From the IMG/VR virus record IMGVR_UViG_2718218135_000001, positions 1-64,000 of that record: 64,000 bases of DNA; one strand, written 5' to 3'. A program made the position numbers and the translations under genes. The notes under the pieces are model-generated. The model saw only the letters and a list, made by a program, of their open reading frames with translations, was not told the origin of the DNA and made no database searches. Source of the DNA: a virus (lineage: Duplodnaviria; Heunggongvirae; Uroviricota; Caudoviricetes). Shown here piece after piece: positions 1-14,463 of the stretch. Position 1 is the first letter of the stretch; the number at the start of each line of letters is the position of its first letter.

Positions 1-5
1 CAATT

Positions 6-3731
<3,726 letters not shown>

Positions 3732-3903
3732 TCTACACTCGCGGCATTGGAAGCAAAGATATGGTCGTCTGGCACCTGATGCACATTGATAAGGCTATCA
3801 ACCACACGCTGGAGAAGTTCTTTCCACCAGCCTGAACACAATGATTGTGCGCCTTATAGCGCCCATTAAGATAGATAAGTACTTACCAACAAGGAGAAAA
3901 CAC

Positions 3904-4179
3904 ATGAAGACTTTGGTTCGCATTTCATCTAGTACCGACTATGACGTTTACCCGTTGTTCATGATCAAGTGCGACGGGCTGAACGATGAAGAAATTCAAG
4001 CGGCAATTGAACGCAATCTAGTTGAATACACAGGAATGGATGCGGATTCTATTTATATCGATGATGACGGTGTTTGTTGGCACAAAGGTAGCTGCTGGTA
4101 CGTCGACGACACAATGCTGGTAAGCGATGAAGACGCGGCCCATCTTGAGCGCATTTTGGGTATCAGCACTTTTGAGTGA
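3904..4179 (+). CDS. hypothetical protein
   Basis: ORF 3841..4179; preferred start is the internal ATG at 3904 preceded by aaggag; a copy of the AAGTACTTACC palindrome lies just upstream. Confidence 0.4.
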   Translation: MKTLVRISSSTDYDVYPLFMIKCDGLNDEEIQAAIERNLVEYTGMDADSIYIDDDGVCWHKGSCWYVDDTMLVSDEDAAHLERILGISTFE

Positions 4180-4218
4180 TATTTACAGCAAAATATATAA
4201 GTTAGCATTTACCTATCA

Positions 4219-4398
4219 TGAAAATTTTATTAGATATCACGTTACTTATTATCTCGATAGCCTTTGTGCTCGACTGCATCTTCACAGGGGCAATCCGTAA
4301 AGCGCTGGCGCCTGTTAATGATGTGATGATCAATGCGCTGGCCGTAGTACTGGTCTTCGACTCAGCATTAGGCGTTTTCAAAGGAGTCGTGGCATGAA
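4219..4398 (+). CDS. small hydrophobic (membrane) protein, 59 aa
   Basis: Read by eye, below the ORF-track size cut-off: MKILLDITLLIISIAFVLDCIF...; its stop overlaps the next ATG (ATGA). Confidence 0.3.
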
Positions 4399-4729
4399 GA
4401 AAACAGCCCTGGTACTGGCGCTGCTCACTCTCCCCGTCTTTGCGGACACACATGTCTATGAGTGCGAAATGTTTGTGGTCGAAGCGAAAAACGGCCTGAT
4501 CCGCAACGTCGTTAAAGCTAATTACGGCGCGATGGTTGTGGACCGCGGCGAACAGTTTTATGTGGTACGCGATGATCGCGTCCTGTCTTCCCCGTTTCTC
4601 ACTAAACGTAACGGCGAACTATCTGGCGTAGGTAAAGATAGGTTCGTTTACAACAAATCGGGTGATGTATACGGCGTTCACGCGAAGAACGACAGCTACC
4701 TTTTCGATGACTGCAAGGAGATTAGTTGA
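4394..4729 (+). CDS. secreted hypothetical protein
   Basis: N-terminal signal-peptide-like segment MKKTALVLALLTLPVFA; RBS ggag upstream. Confidence 0.5.
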   Translation: MKKTALVLALLTLPVFADTHVYECEMFVVEAKNGLIRNVVKANYGAMVVDRGEQFYVVRDDRVLSSPFLTKRNGELSGVGKDRFVYNKSGDVYGVHAKNDSYLFDDCKEIS

Positions 4730-4941
4730 TGGCGGTTACACTGACAGGTCTGGAAATCGAAAAAACAAGCGGCTACTGGCGTGCCAAAGGGTTCAAGCAG
4801 TCCGGCGTACTGGAACGACGGGAACGTGAAGATGGGTATATTGTCCACCAGCGACGTGAATGGCGCATGTACGATCCGGAAACAGGTAAGCTCGCAACGA
4901 AGGCCGGGACACTCTGGGGTCTGCTGAAGAAAATCCACTGA
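4726..4941 (+). CDS. hypothetical protein
   Basis: 71 aa ORF whose start overlaps the preceding stop. Confidence 0.35.
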   Translation: MMAVTLTGLEIEKTSGYWRAKGFKQSGVLERREREDGYIVHQRREWRMYDPETGKLATKAGTLWGLLKKIH

Positions 4942-4944
4942 TAA

Positions 4945-5545
4945 CACTATCCACTGCGGTGAGTAGCCAGCTCACCGCGTGTGAATCCAGCTCATAACCA
5001 CTGTAGCGAGTAGAACACCCTTCAGGTATGCACCCCAACCACTGTAGTGAGCAAACCCTCTGCCACGATATCAACTATCCACTGTAGTGAGTAAATTGGT
5101 GATTATCGGGGTCGCTATACACTGTAGTGAGTAAACAGGCGTTCACTGACTACAAACAACCACTATAGAGAGTGATGGAATGCCCCCTCCAGCGGATATC
5201 CACTATGGAGAGTAAATCTTCGCTGTTTTAAACGGATATCCACTCACTACAGTGGATAGAGGTCAAGTCAGCCAATTCTGCTCTTCACAGTGGATAGTCA
5301 ACAATGAGGAGAGCGACGATAACCGCTGTAGAGAGTAGACTTAACAGAGATACCCAGTGACCGCTAACCTCTCAGCCCTTGTTTTATCTATGTTTGCAAC
5401 CACTAACATTTACTTCGCGATTTGTGCGCACTGCCTACAGTGGTTATTCTTCGGTTTCTTTTACTCACTACAGTGGATATTGCATTTCCGATAAACAAAA
5501 AGGCTCACTACAGTGGATAGTGAGCCTTTTTACTCTCTACAGTGG
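4945..5545. repeat. Iteron array downstream of repA (incA-like), at least 13 copies of a ~17-19 bp repeat in both orientations
   Basis: Repeated ATCCACTGTAGTGAGTA and variants (ccactgcggtgagta, ccactatagagagtga, actcactacagtggata) spaced ~35-45 bp. Confidence 0.8.
5496..5533. terminator. hairpin terminator at the 3' end of repA
   Basis: aggctcact...agtgagcct stem flanked by an A-run and a T-run; the stem is itself built from an iteron. Confidence 0.5.
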
Positions 5546-5550
5546 TTGGG

Positions 5551-6606
5551 CTATTTGCGAGCCTTTGCCTTGCGCAGCTCTTCGAGAATCGCCAGTTCTT
5601 CCTTGCTCAACATGACCATTTCCCCGTCTTTTTCTTCAGGGGCAACATCGATAATGTCCTCCGGATCATCACCTGGCAAGATATCTTCTGGCTCTTCAGG
5701 CGTAGCCATAGATGGCGGCAGTGCCGAACGTAACTTCGGCCGTCTATAGTGGATGACGAAGTAGACCGAGCTGCCGCGTTTCACTTCAGTGTAATCGAGA
5801 TAGCCGATCTCTCGCAGCTGCTCCATCGCCTTCCTGACTGTCGCATTCTGGGTAATGGTGCGGCTGGTTAAGTTAAGTCTGGCGCGTAAGCGAGCCAATG
5901 AGATTGGCGCCGGGTCTGGTGGCAAACTTTCAATGAAGGTGTAGAGCGCCTGCGCGGATTCTTTTCTGGAGAGTTCGTTGATGGCCCGAAGTTGCAAAAG
6001 CACCTTTTTGTCGAACTGGTAAAGTTCGAAAATCTTAGGATCGGCCTTCAGTTCGACCGTGTCATTCTTGGTACTGTACTTTGCCGTCTGCACAAGGTGC
6101 GTAACGTAATACTCTTCAGAGCCTTTGCTGCGGAATGAGATGGTGTTTGTGGCGATACGACTTAGAGAGCTGTCCAGGCGCTTACGTAACTTCGCGGACG
6201 ATCTGGCTGTTGGTATGCCACAAAGTCTGACGAACTCGACGAACGGCAACGTGACGGTGTCACCAACAACCTTGTGCTTGGCGAACGCGTGGATGATGCC
6301 CACCCATGTTTTGAAATCGTTATCCATATCAAGACGAAGACCAGCAATCCTTATATCCTCGTACCCTTCGGCTTTGGCCAGAGACAGCTGTTTGAGTTCA
6401 GCGGAGGCGTCCATAGAGACCATTTGCCCCTTTCTACCCCTGGATGTCGATTTCAGCGTCGGAACGAAGAGACCAAGACGCATCAGAGCAACAGGCTGAA
6501 CTGTGTTGTTGGTGTTAGGAACTAACGTAACAACTTCGCCGGTCTTTTTGTCTGTTTCGGAAAATGCTTCGCTTATCGCAATGTTTTTATTGTCGTTTAC
6601 GCTCAT
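5551..6606 (-). CDS. repA: RepA-like iteron-binding replication initiator
   Basis: 351 aa ORF flanked on both sides by iteron arrays, the classic RepA/incC/incA arrangement of iteron plasmids such as P1; the protein itself was not matched to a family. Confidence 0.6.
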   Translation of the reverse strand: MSVNDNKNIAISEAFSETDKKTGEVVTLVPNTNNTVQPVALMRLGLFVPTLKSTSRGRKGQMVSMDASAELKQLSLAKAEGYEDIRIAGLRLDMDNDFKTWVGIIHAFAKHKVVGDTVTLPFVEFVRLCGIPTARSSAKLRKRLDSSLSRIATNTISFRSKGSEEYYVTHLVQTAKYSTKNDTVELKADPKIFELYQFDKKVLLQLRAINELSRKESAQALYTFIESLPPDPAPISLARLRARLNLTSRTITQNATVRKAMEQLREIGYLDYTEVKRGSSVYFVIHYRRPKLRSALPPSMATPEEPEDILPGDDPEDIIDVAPEEKDGEMVMLSKEELAILEELRKAKARK

Positions 6607-6639
6607 TCCAAATGTCTCTTTTTATTCGACGGCTTGGGT

Positions 6640-7165
6640 GCCTTTACTGATTACAGTGGATAGTAGCACCCATCACAGTGGTTATCCTACCGCCTACAGC
6701 GGTTTTTCTACTCTCCATAGTGGTTGATTTACTCTCTATAGTGGTTGTTATTCTCACTATAGTGGATATCGATAACCTCTAAAGCCATGTGGCACAACGG
6801 TTTGCAGGGGCCGGGGATCTCTTTGGGTCTTTGTGGTTCTCTTTGGTTCTAACAGGGATCTGAATTACTGGATCGAGCCTGTGTATAAAAATCAGATAAT
6901 TACAAAATCAGGCATCACTCCCCTTCTGGGGATAATGTGTGATCGAAATAAACACGCCGCAACGCAAAATTTACAATATTTCCAAGAATATCAGCCATCT
7001 GCCGCAGAAAAACAGGCTCGGAGTTATCCAGTTAAAACATTGTCTCCTACTCACTACAGTGGATACCGACTACTCTCCAGAGAGGTTGTTTTGCTCTTCA
7101 TAGCGGTTATTATGCTCTCTACAGTGGTTATTTTGCTCTCTATAGTGGATAGTAACCCCTTCTCA
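6640..7165. repeat. Iteron arrays upstream of repA (origin/incC-like) with GATC clusters
   Basis: About 7 iterons (6650-6780) and about 5 iterons (7048-7160), same family as downstream; GATC-rich blocks lie between and after them. Confidence 0.75.
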
Positions 7166-7348
7166 AGCCAGTAACCGCAAGCGCTGGAGACGATCGGGGA
7201 TCTCTTTTGATCTTCTGTAGGATCTCTCTGGGGATCTAAATATTGGATCGGGCCTGTGAATAAAGTGAATAAGTAAACAGGCATTTGCAAACTCCGGTGC
7301 GCCTTATCCGTTATCGTTGCCCCGGACAAAATTATTTGAACAAGAATT

Positions 7349-7993
7349 ATGGATCTTAAACGCACGCGCTGGGTTCGCCGTCTTGAAGATGGCTCCTACA
7401 CCATTGAATCAAACACTAGTCTGAACAAACAGAAGTTGCTCTGCGACCTTTGCGGCATTGCTTCGAAATGCCCGATTAACGAAACCCGGCTTAAACTCCA
7501 CGACGCCGGTGCGCATTTCCACCTAAACAGCTGCATACGTTACGTGCCACTACTAGCATTTCGTAAACCGATCATCGGATTGGATGCTCCCTACTTCAAC
7601 ACACTGCGCTCTGGTGTCACTTGGCGAGATCGTGTCGAACCTGGCAAACTCGTTTGTCTGGTTGAAGCTGATACCGGAAATGTCATCCGGTTCGGGAGAG
7701 TTGATAAGGTCTACTCAGGCCCGGTGGATGAAATGCTGCGGAAACACAGCCGATTTAACCATCTCTGCATGGGCGGAGAGAAGATTGAGAAGGTTGGCGA
7801 AGTAATTCGCAAATCTTACGGACACTTTCTGAATGATAACAGCCTTCTGACAGCCATTTACATTCGCCATGTCGATCGGGAGTTCGACACGGAGTATCAC
7901 AGTGCTGAAGAGTTGAATCTTGTAGACCCTCGTCCAAAAGCTGGGGTAATAGACATCAGCAGAGCGCGTCAGAAGCCCTCAGAGACGTTTTAA
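7349..7993 (+). CDS. hypothetical protein
   Basis: 214 aa ORF, no motif recognised. Confidence 0.45.
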   Translation: MDLKRTRWVRRLEDGSYTIESNTSLNKQKLLCDLCGIASKCPINETRLKLHDAGAHFHLNSCIRYVPLLAFRKPIIGLDAPYFNTLRSGVTWRDRVEPGKLVCLVEADTGNVIRFGRVDKVYSGPVDEMLRKHSRFNHLCMGGEKIEKVGEVIRKSYGHFLNDNSLLTAIYIRHVDREFDTEYHSAEELNLVDPRPKAGVIDISRARQKPSETF

Positions 7994-8389
7994 AGGCAAA
8001 CTCATGCTTTTTACCGGGCATAAAATATGGTGTCTTAGAAAGACACTGAGAGCTTTAGGGATTAATGCATGAGTGAATTTTATTCAAGAGCAGAAACTGT
8101 GGCCGACGGATGCGTTTGAAGACGACGCACGCAAACGCCGTAAATGTCATCTCACAACTTCACCGTCCGTTCTCCTTTTTCATTTCTTGTCATCAGTAAA
8201 TGACTGCTCTCATAAAATTGCTTGTGACGTTTAGAAATCATTGCTGCCCTATCTGATAGGTATTTACTTACTTATTTTTTTGTCATTATCATGTGCCTTT
8301 ATATTCTTTTGTGTGCCGTGTTGTCTGGGTTGTACGCCTCTTATGCACGCTTAGAATTTGTATCAAAATAACCACAAAGGAAAAGACAC

Positions 8390-9475
8390 ATGACATTGCC
8401 ATACGGGGTAATATCAGATCCCCATTATCATCGTTGGGATGCTTTTGCGACAACAAACGCTGACGGGCTTAACTCTCGGCTGGAGATCCAACTGGACGCT
8501 ACGAAGGAGGCGGCCAAAGCGATGAAAGCTGCTGGCTGTAAGCACATGCTGGTAGCTGGTGATACCTTCCATGTTCGCGGTGCTATATCACCTTCCGTTC
8601 TGCATTTCGTGACCGAAACTTACGAGTGGATCATCAAAGAGTTGGGTCTCAAGGTGGTAATGCTGGCTGGCAACCACGACCTCGAAACCAACGATTCCGT
8701 ATACAGCGCCAATGCAGCAGCCTCTCTGCGCTCAATCGGTGTGGAAATCGTCTGCGGCAAACGTCCTCATTCCATCAAAATGGGCGACGTAACCGTCCAT
8801 CTGATTAGCTGGCGTAATAACCACGCAGAACTTATCAGCGATCTCAAAACGCTGCGTTCCGGGCTGGATGGTGACAACCATGATGTTGTTGTACATACCT
8901 CAATCAACAAAGCGATCCCCACCATGCCCGATGTCGGCATCGACGCACAGGAACTGAAAGATATCGGCTTCCGTTTATTGTTGTCCGGGCACTACCACAA
9001 CCACAAAGAAGTGCTGCCTGGAGTGGTAAGTATCGGGGCGCTGACACACCAGAATTGGGGGGATGTTGGTTCACTGGCCGGCTTCATGATCGTCAAACCG
9101 GACGGCTCATTCACTCACCACGAAACCTCGGCACCTAAATTCGTGAACCTTGAGGACGATGTAGATGACGATCAGATTCGCGGCAACTACGTGCGCTTCC
9201 GTGCCGTTGTTGAGAGCGATGAAGAAGGCATCAAACTTCAGAACGTCCTGAAAACAATGGGCGCGAAGGGTGTCGTCTGCAACTTCATTCGCAAGGCATC
9301 GATGATGGAAGGCGCTGCCAGTACTGCGGAAACCAGCAAAATTGACAGCCTGGGAGAGTCCGTTGCGGCGTACTGCAAGATCGTTCACGACACTGACGGT
9401 GGCTTCGACCTGAGCAAGCTGGACATACTGTGTCAGGAGATCTTGACCGAAGCAGAGAGTGCGGAGGCTGTGTGA
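8390..9475 (+). CDS. sbcD: SbcD/Mre11-like metallophosphoesterase nuclease
   Basis: Calcineurin-like phosphoesterase motifs GDTFH, GNHD, GHYH; paired with a downstream SbcC-like ATPase. Confidence 0.75.
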   Translation: MTLPYGVISDPHYHRWDAFATTNADGLNSRLEIQLDATKEAAKAMKAAGCKHMLVAGDTFHVRGAISPSVLHFVTETYEWIIKELGLKVVMLAGNHDLETNDSVYSANAAASLRSIGVEIVCGKRPHSIKMGDVTVHLISWRNNHAELISDLKTLRSGLDGDNHDVVVHTSINKAIPTMPDVGIDAQELKDIGFRLLLSGHYHNHKEVLPGVVSIGALTHQNWGDVGSLAGFMIVKPDGSFTHHETSAPKFVNLEDDVDDDQIRGNYVRFRAVVESDEEGIKLQNVLKTMGAKGVVCNFIRKASMMEGAASTAETSKIDSLGESVAAYCKIVHDTDGGFDLSKLDILCQEILTEAESAEAV

Positions 9476-9516
9476 GGCAACGTTATTATGGGAGCTTTCG
9501 AGAGTTTGCCATCGTG

Positions 9517-9708
9517 ATGAAAAAACTTCAAAAAGGCCAGACGGTTATGTTTCACAAGCCATACCCTTCAGGAGGAAATCCCGTAGCGTTTTATCTTGGA
9601 AGGCTAACCAGAAAAGGCTTATTGAATCGCAGATCCTTCCCCGCGCATACGGAGTTCAGATTGAAAGATGGTCAAAAGTTAACACACGATATCAGAGGTG
9701 TTATATGA
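9517..9708 (+). CDS. small hypothetical protein between sbcD and sbcC
   Basis: Internal ATG of ORF 9430..9708; stop overlaps the sbcC ATG (ATGA). Confidence 0.25.
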   Translation: MKKLQKGQTVMFHKPYPSGGNPVAFYLGRLTRKGLLNRRSFPAHTEFRLKDGQKLTHDIRGVI

Positions 9709-11621
9709 AGTTTTTAAAGCTCCAGGTTGAAAATTTTATGGCAATCGCCAGCGCAGAAGTCGAGTTAGACCAGCGTGGACTGGTGCTGATCCAGGGTGTG
9801 AACAGTGGCGATACGTCTGCTGCCAGCAATGGCGCCGGGAAATCCACTCTGATGAATAGCTTAATGTGGTGTCTGTATGGTGAGACTGCACATGGCGTCA
9901 AAGGCGATGACGTGCTGTCGACGGGCCATGAGAAGAACTGCCGTGTGATGGTTACAGTTGAAGACGAAGGTAAGAAATACGCGATCATTCGCCATCGTAA
10001 ACACAAAGAGTTCAAGAACCGACTAATCGTCCGTGGTGAAGACGGTGATATGACCAAAGGCAAGGACACGCTGACACAGACGTTCGTAGAACGTCTGATT
10101 GGGGCATCGAAAGAGGTGTTCATGGCGTCCATCTACGCCAGTCAGGAAGCGATGCCAGATCTGCCCGGTATGTCCGACAAGAGCCTCAAAACCATCGTTG
10201 AAGAAGCTGCTGGCGTCGACCGATTGACGCGAGCCTATGCCATTGCCCGCGAGCGTGCTAATGCAGCTGCCGCACGTATGGACGTTACCAAATCCAAAAT
10301 GGACGCCTGTCTCACGCTTATCGAGACTGCACAGTCAGAGATTGAGGCGGCCAAAGCGTCCTCTGAAAGCTGGGAGCGCGATCGCGGCGAGCGTCTGGAC
10401 AAGGCCCGAGCCGATTTGGCTGGCGCGGAGGTAACACTGTCTGAAGTCGAGATGGAAATTCGCTCGCTGCCGGAACAGATCCGTGATACGGAAAACGCGA
10501 TTGCTGGCGAACGCAGCAAGCTGGCCTCCAAAGAAGAGCATGACGCCAAACTGCTGAAGGTGCGCAGTGCTATTACTGAGATCCGCTCAAGCATCCGTAC
10601 TTCAGAAGCGGCACAGAACGAGTCGATAAACCGTGCTCGCTCGTTTAAAACCAAAGCTGAAGAGGTCAGCACAAAGATCGGGGCACCCTGCATTACGTGC
10701 GGAAAGCCCTACTGCGAAGAAGATTTATCCACGGTGAAGGAGAGCTTCATTGAACAAGCGCGCAATGAGATCGGCCTTGCGCAGACATCAGCAGCGGCAG
10801 TGGCTCAACACAAGGCTCGTCTTGAGAAAGCGCTCGGTATCGAGTCTGCACTGGTCGCAGCCACACCCGACGTCTCAGAAATCATCTCCACAATAGAACG
10901 CCTGACCAATGAGCTAAGTGCGCTGCGTCATCGCGAACGTGAAGTTGTGGCCGTCGAAGCGATGGTTGCGCGGGCGCGTACTGAAGTGAATCGCATCATG
11001 GCGGAAGCAAACCCATTTCTGGCCGTTATTAAGCGCCATGAAGACAACCTGGCTGCCAATAAATCTAATCATGCAGTACTTAAAAATGAGTTAAAGAGCA
11101 TTCAGGAACAGGCTCTGTTGCTGGAGAAGGCCCGCCAGGTTTACTCCCCAGCAGGCGTGCGTTCACACATCCTGACCTCCGTTACGCCTTTCCTGAACAT
11201 CAGGACTGCGGAGTATCTCAACACGCTGTCGGACGGCAATATCGTTGCCGAATGGTCGACAATGGAGACAACGAAGAAAGGTGAGTATCGCGACAAATTC
11301 AATATCAGCGTAATCAAAACAGGCTCCAGCAAATCCTTCCAGACTTTGTCTGGTGGTGAGAAGCGTAAGGTACGTATTGCGTGCTCTCTGGCTTTGCAGG
11401 ATCTGGTTGCCAGTCGCGCCAGTAAGAATATCGAGCTATTTATCGGTGATGAAATTGACGACGCGCTCGACACAGCCGGTCTGGAGCGTCTCATGGGGAT
11501 TCTGGAAGCCAAAGCGCGTGAACGTGGCACAGTGATGATCATCTCCCATAAAGAGATGAAATCGTGGTTCCGGGAAATTATCACTGTCGAAGTTAAAGAG
11601 GGGCGCAGCTATGTCGTTTAA
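9705..11621 (+). CDS. sbcC: SbcC/Rad50-like SMC-type ATPase
   Basis: Starts at the internal ATG (MKFLKLQVENF); Walker A GAGKST, long coiled-coil middle, C-terminal signature/Walker B LSGGEKRKV...LFIGDEID. Confidence 0.8.
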   Translation: MKFLKLQVENFMAIASAEVELDQRGLVLIQGVNSGDTSAASNGAGKSTLMNSLMWCLYGETAHGVKGDDVLSTGHEKNCRVMVTVEDEGKKYAIIRHRKHKEFKNRLIVRGEDGDMTKGKDTLTQTFVERLIGASKEVFMASIYASQEAMPDLPGMSDKSLKTIVEEAAGVDRLTRAYAIARERANAAAARMDVTKSKMDACLTLIETAQSEIEAAKASSESWERDRGERLDKARADLAGAEVTLSEVEMEIRSLPEQIRDTENAIAGERSKLASKEEHDAKLLKVRSAITEIRSSIRTSEAAQNESINRARSFKTKAEEVSTKIGAPCITCGKPYCEEDLSTVKESFIEQARNEIGLAQTSAAAVAQHKARLEKALGIESALVAATPDVSEIISTIERLTNELSALRHREREVVAVEAMVARARTEVNRIMAEANPFLAVIKRHEDNLAANKSNHAVLKNELKSIQEQALLLEKARQVYSPAGVRSHILTSVTPFLNIRTAEYLNTLSDGNIVAEWSTMETTKKGEYRDKFNISVIKTGSSKSFQTLSGGEKRKVRIACSLALQDLVASRASKNIELFIGDEIDDALDTAGLERLMGILEAKARERGTVMIISHKEMKSWFREIITVEVKEGRSYVV

Positions 11622-12357
11622 CTTGAGCCGCACGCAGTTTTTGCAGATGTTTGCCGTGATGCAGTCTATAAAGCTGATAAACAACCATACAGCAAAAGTA
11701 ACTCCGCCTGCACTTTTGTGGAAAAACGTAAACATCAGCGACGACCAGTTCTCGGTATTAACCAATCTATTGTCATCGACTCCTTTGATGCCGAGCTTGG
11801 CTAATCTGCCGTCAGGAAGCACTGCGCCGATCCTTATTAATCCATTTACGGAAGGTGGATATCTCCCACATTCTGGGCCGGGGTTCGTTGTGATTCCTGA
11901 AACCGGAACGCTGAACATCCAAGAAAATGCACTCTTCAATGCAATGGAGACGCACATCAGCACCGCATTCACTAATCTGATTCGACACGCTAACGCACGC
12001 GCGGATCACGTTGCAATGCCGGGTGCTGCCTTCGCCAGCTTCTCTGTTGACTATGACCGGCACGCGCCAATTTCAAAGCGGGCGAAACTCTGCTTTTACG
12101 AGAAGGGATGTGAAGTAGCGATTATTGAAGTTCTCCTCCCCCACGTATTCAACGCGAATGAAAAGGCTGCGTGCCAACTTATTGACATCATGCGGCATTT
12201 CATCGGCCAGAGCATGATTGATGCAGATATTGCTGCAGGCGTTCTGATCAACGATGGCATTCACGTAGTTAACGACATTCCGAAGCCGCCAACTCGCGAG
12301 CCGGAGAAGACACTTGAACAGAAACTAATGGAATGCCCAACCTGGGCTACGTGGTAA
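11611..12357 (+). CDS. hypothetical protein
   Basis: 248 aa ORF overlapping the end of sbcC. Confidence 0.45.
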   Translation: MSFNLSRTQFLQMFAVMQSIKLINNHTAKVTPPALLWKNVNISDDQFSVLTNLLSSTPLMPSLANLPSGSTAPILINPFTEGGYLPHSGPGFVVIPETGTLNIQENALFNAMETHISTAFTNLIRHANARADHVAMPGAAFASFSVDYDRHAPISKRAKLCFYEKGCEVAIIEVLLPHVFNANEKAACQLIDIMRHFIGQSMIDADIAAGVLINDGIHVVNDIPKPPTREPEKTLEQKLMECPTWATW

Positions 12358-12691
12358 GGAGACCAAAATTTCCGATACGGAGAGAGTTGTAGAGGGGGTT
12401 ACGCTTGATCGCATCGACTCCAGCAAGGGATATGAACCAGGGAATCTGAGGTGGGCTGACAAGCACGTCCAGAGTGCAAATAAACAAGGGAAAGTGGATG
12501 GTAGTACGTCGAAGTTTACTGGCGTTCATTACTGCAAAACGAACAAGGTTTGGGTTGCTAGAGTTGTGTGGAAAGGAGAGTGTGTCTTCTTGTATCAATG
12601 TCACGATGAATTGGAGGCTTACTTAGCGCGTAAGCGATTTATCGAAGAGCACAATCTACTGCATTTTGTTGAAATGGAGGTCACAGAGTGA
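12329..12691 (+). pseudogene. HNH homing endonuclease remnant (HNH C-terminal motif + AP2 DNA-binding domain)
   Basis: Open frame encodes ...LDRIDSSKGYEPGNLRWADKH... then an AP2-like SKFTGVHYCKTNKVWVARV...ELEAYLARKRF; no N-terminal catalytic half and no in-frame start before 12494. Confidence 0.4.
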
Positions 12692-13257
12692 AAAAAGTAA
12701 TCAAAGTTGCAGGTCTCGATCCATCTCTGTCAAATTTTGGCGTTGCCATCGGAGAAATAGAACTGGATTCAGGTGCATTGCAGGTCAATAAGTTGCATCT
12801 CATTGAGACGAAAGCTGGTGATACGAAAAAGCAAGTTCGCGTTAACAGTGACGATATGCGGCGGTTGAACGAGATTTGGCGTGGTATTAAGCCACTGATT
12901 GACCAAGTTCATTTAGTGTTCTGCGAACTGCCAGTAGGCAGTCAATCTGCTAGAGCGATGGTTTCTTATGGTGGTTGTCTTGGCGTACTGGCGTGTGTGG
13001 ATAAGCCACTGATACAGGTCACGCCAAACGAGATTAAGTACTATGTCGGGAATAAGCTGACTACGTCGAAAGAAGAGATCATTCAGTGGGCTACGCAGAA
13101 GCAGCCAAACGCCCCGTGGTTGCGCCGGAAGCAATCGGGCAAGGAAGTGCTGGTGAATAAAAACGAGCACCTTGCGGACGCTGTCGCATCGATTTACACC
13201 GGTATGCAAACTGATCAATTCCGTCAGGTTCGCGATGTTCTTGCTGGAATTTTATAA
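12688..13257 (+). CDS. RuvC-like Holliday junction resolvase
   Basis: N-terminal VAGLDPSLSNFGVAIGE and C-terminal HLADAVASIY RuvC-type motifs; GTG start. Confidence 0.6.
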   Translation: MKKVIKVAGLDPSLSNFGVAIGEIELDSGALQVNKLHLIETKAGDTKKQVRVNSDDMRRLNEIWRGIKPLIDQVHLVFCELPVGSQSARAMVSYGGCLGVLACVDKPLIQVTPNEIKYYVGNKLTTSKEEIIQWATQKQPNAPWLRRKQSGKEVLVNKNEHLADAVASIYTGMQTDQFRQVRDVLAGIL

Positions 13258-13293
13258 GTTGATAATTGATAGGTAAGTGCTTATCTATTACCA

Positions 13294-13322
13294 TGAGACC
13301 ACTATATATAGTGGTCTTTTTA
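13294..13322 (+). terminator. rho-independent terminator
   Basis: gagaccactatatatagtggtc hairpin followed by TTTTT. Confidence 0.6.
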
Positions 13323-13522
13323 ATTGGGCTACACATAATAAGCATCGTAAAACGTAACGCCCACCGAGCCGCTGCCAGCTGCATGAAGCGCTGACAAAGT
13401 TCGCTGTCGATTGCACTGGCCCGAGCCAGTTCGAATACCTCTAAGCCGAGTTTAACCACTTTGTGGCCTGGCGCTGCTGGGTCAAAATTGGCGTATCAAA
13501 AGAAGTCTAAAGGAAAGAAAAC

Positions 13523-14401
13523 ATGAAATTTACGAAACTGACCGATCATCTGAAACTTGCCGCAGACAAACTCGTGGGGTTTAAACCAGAGCCTTACGAG
13601 TTGAATCCCGGTTTCGGCAAGACAACGGAAAGCATCTACCTGATGGTTGACCAGTTCCACACACTGTTTCAGCACCCACGCCGTGCCATTCCAGATCCGG
13701 CATTACTGCGTCTGCGTGCCAAGCTGATCCACGAAGAAGCAGTTACCGAGGGCATCCCGGCAGCCAAAAATGGGGATATGACGGCACTGCTGGACGCGAT
13801 GGCTGACTTCCTTTACGTGGGCGTCGGCACAATGGTGGCCATCAAAGGCGGCATCTCGACGGGCATGAGTTACTACACCCAAGAGCAGAGTGTTGATTGC
13901 TTCATCCACACCATCATGGTTCCGGGCAACACGGTCTTTGACGATATGGCTATCCCGTTTGAAGAAGCAAAAGAAGCTGCATTAATGCTGAATGCGCTGG
14001 CTGACAAACTTGAAGCGAAGCCGATAAGCGATTCCGAATTGGTGCAGGAGCTGCGCCGCGTGATGAACAAAATCTACGTTGCCTGCATGATGACCTACCG
14101 TCTGGCTGATTTTCTCGGAATCGATATTGTTGAGCTGGTGGCAGAAATCCACCGTTCCAACATGACCAAGCTGTGGCCGGCTGACGCCGAAGAGCGTCGT
14201 GTGGCGGTAGAGAATTGCAAATACGATAAGGAAGATCTGGGGTTCCGCCATGCTGAAGGGACTGACATGATGATCGGCTTCAGGATTTCTGATGGCAAGA
14301 TCCTCAAATCTCCCACCTACAGCGATGTGGATCTGACTTGCTTTGTTGAGAAGGCGAAGTCCTCATCTCTTTACGAGATGGTAAAAAATAATTGTAAGTG
14401 A
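13523..14401 (+). CDS. MazG-like nucleotide pyrophosphohydrolase (putative)
   Basis: N-terminal all-alpha region with EE/D-rich motifs typical of MazG/HisE-type NTP pyrophosphatases; weak, by eye. Confidence 0.35.
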   Translation: MKFTKLTDHLKLAADKLVGFKPEPYELNPGFGKTTESIYLMVDQFHTLFQHPRRAIPDPALLRLRAKLIHEEAVTEGIPAAKNGDMTALLDAMADFLYVGVGTMVAIKGGISTGMSYYTQEQSVDCFIHTIMVPGNTVFDDMAIPFEEAKEAALMLNALADKLEAKPISDSELVQELRRVMNKIYVACMMTYRLADFLGIDIVELVAEIHRSNMTKLWPADAEERRVAVENCKYDKEDLGFRHAEGTDMMIGFRISDGKILKSPTYSDVDLTCFVEKAKSSSLYEMVKNNCK

Positions 14402-14463
14402 GTACTTATCATTATATATTGCCTTGGCGTGTTTTATTGTCCAAGTTCTTAATTGCTCATTGC

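Noticed and set aside
4945-7165. Possible CRISPR array suggested by regularly spaced short repeats
   Set aside because: Repeats are ~17-19 bp, variable in sequence and orientation, with irregular spacing, and they flank a replication-initiator gene; these are iterons.
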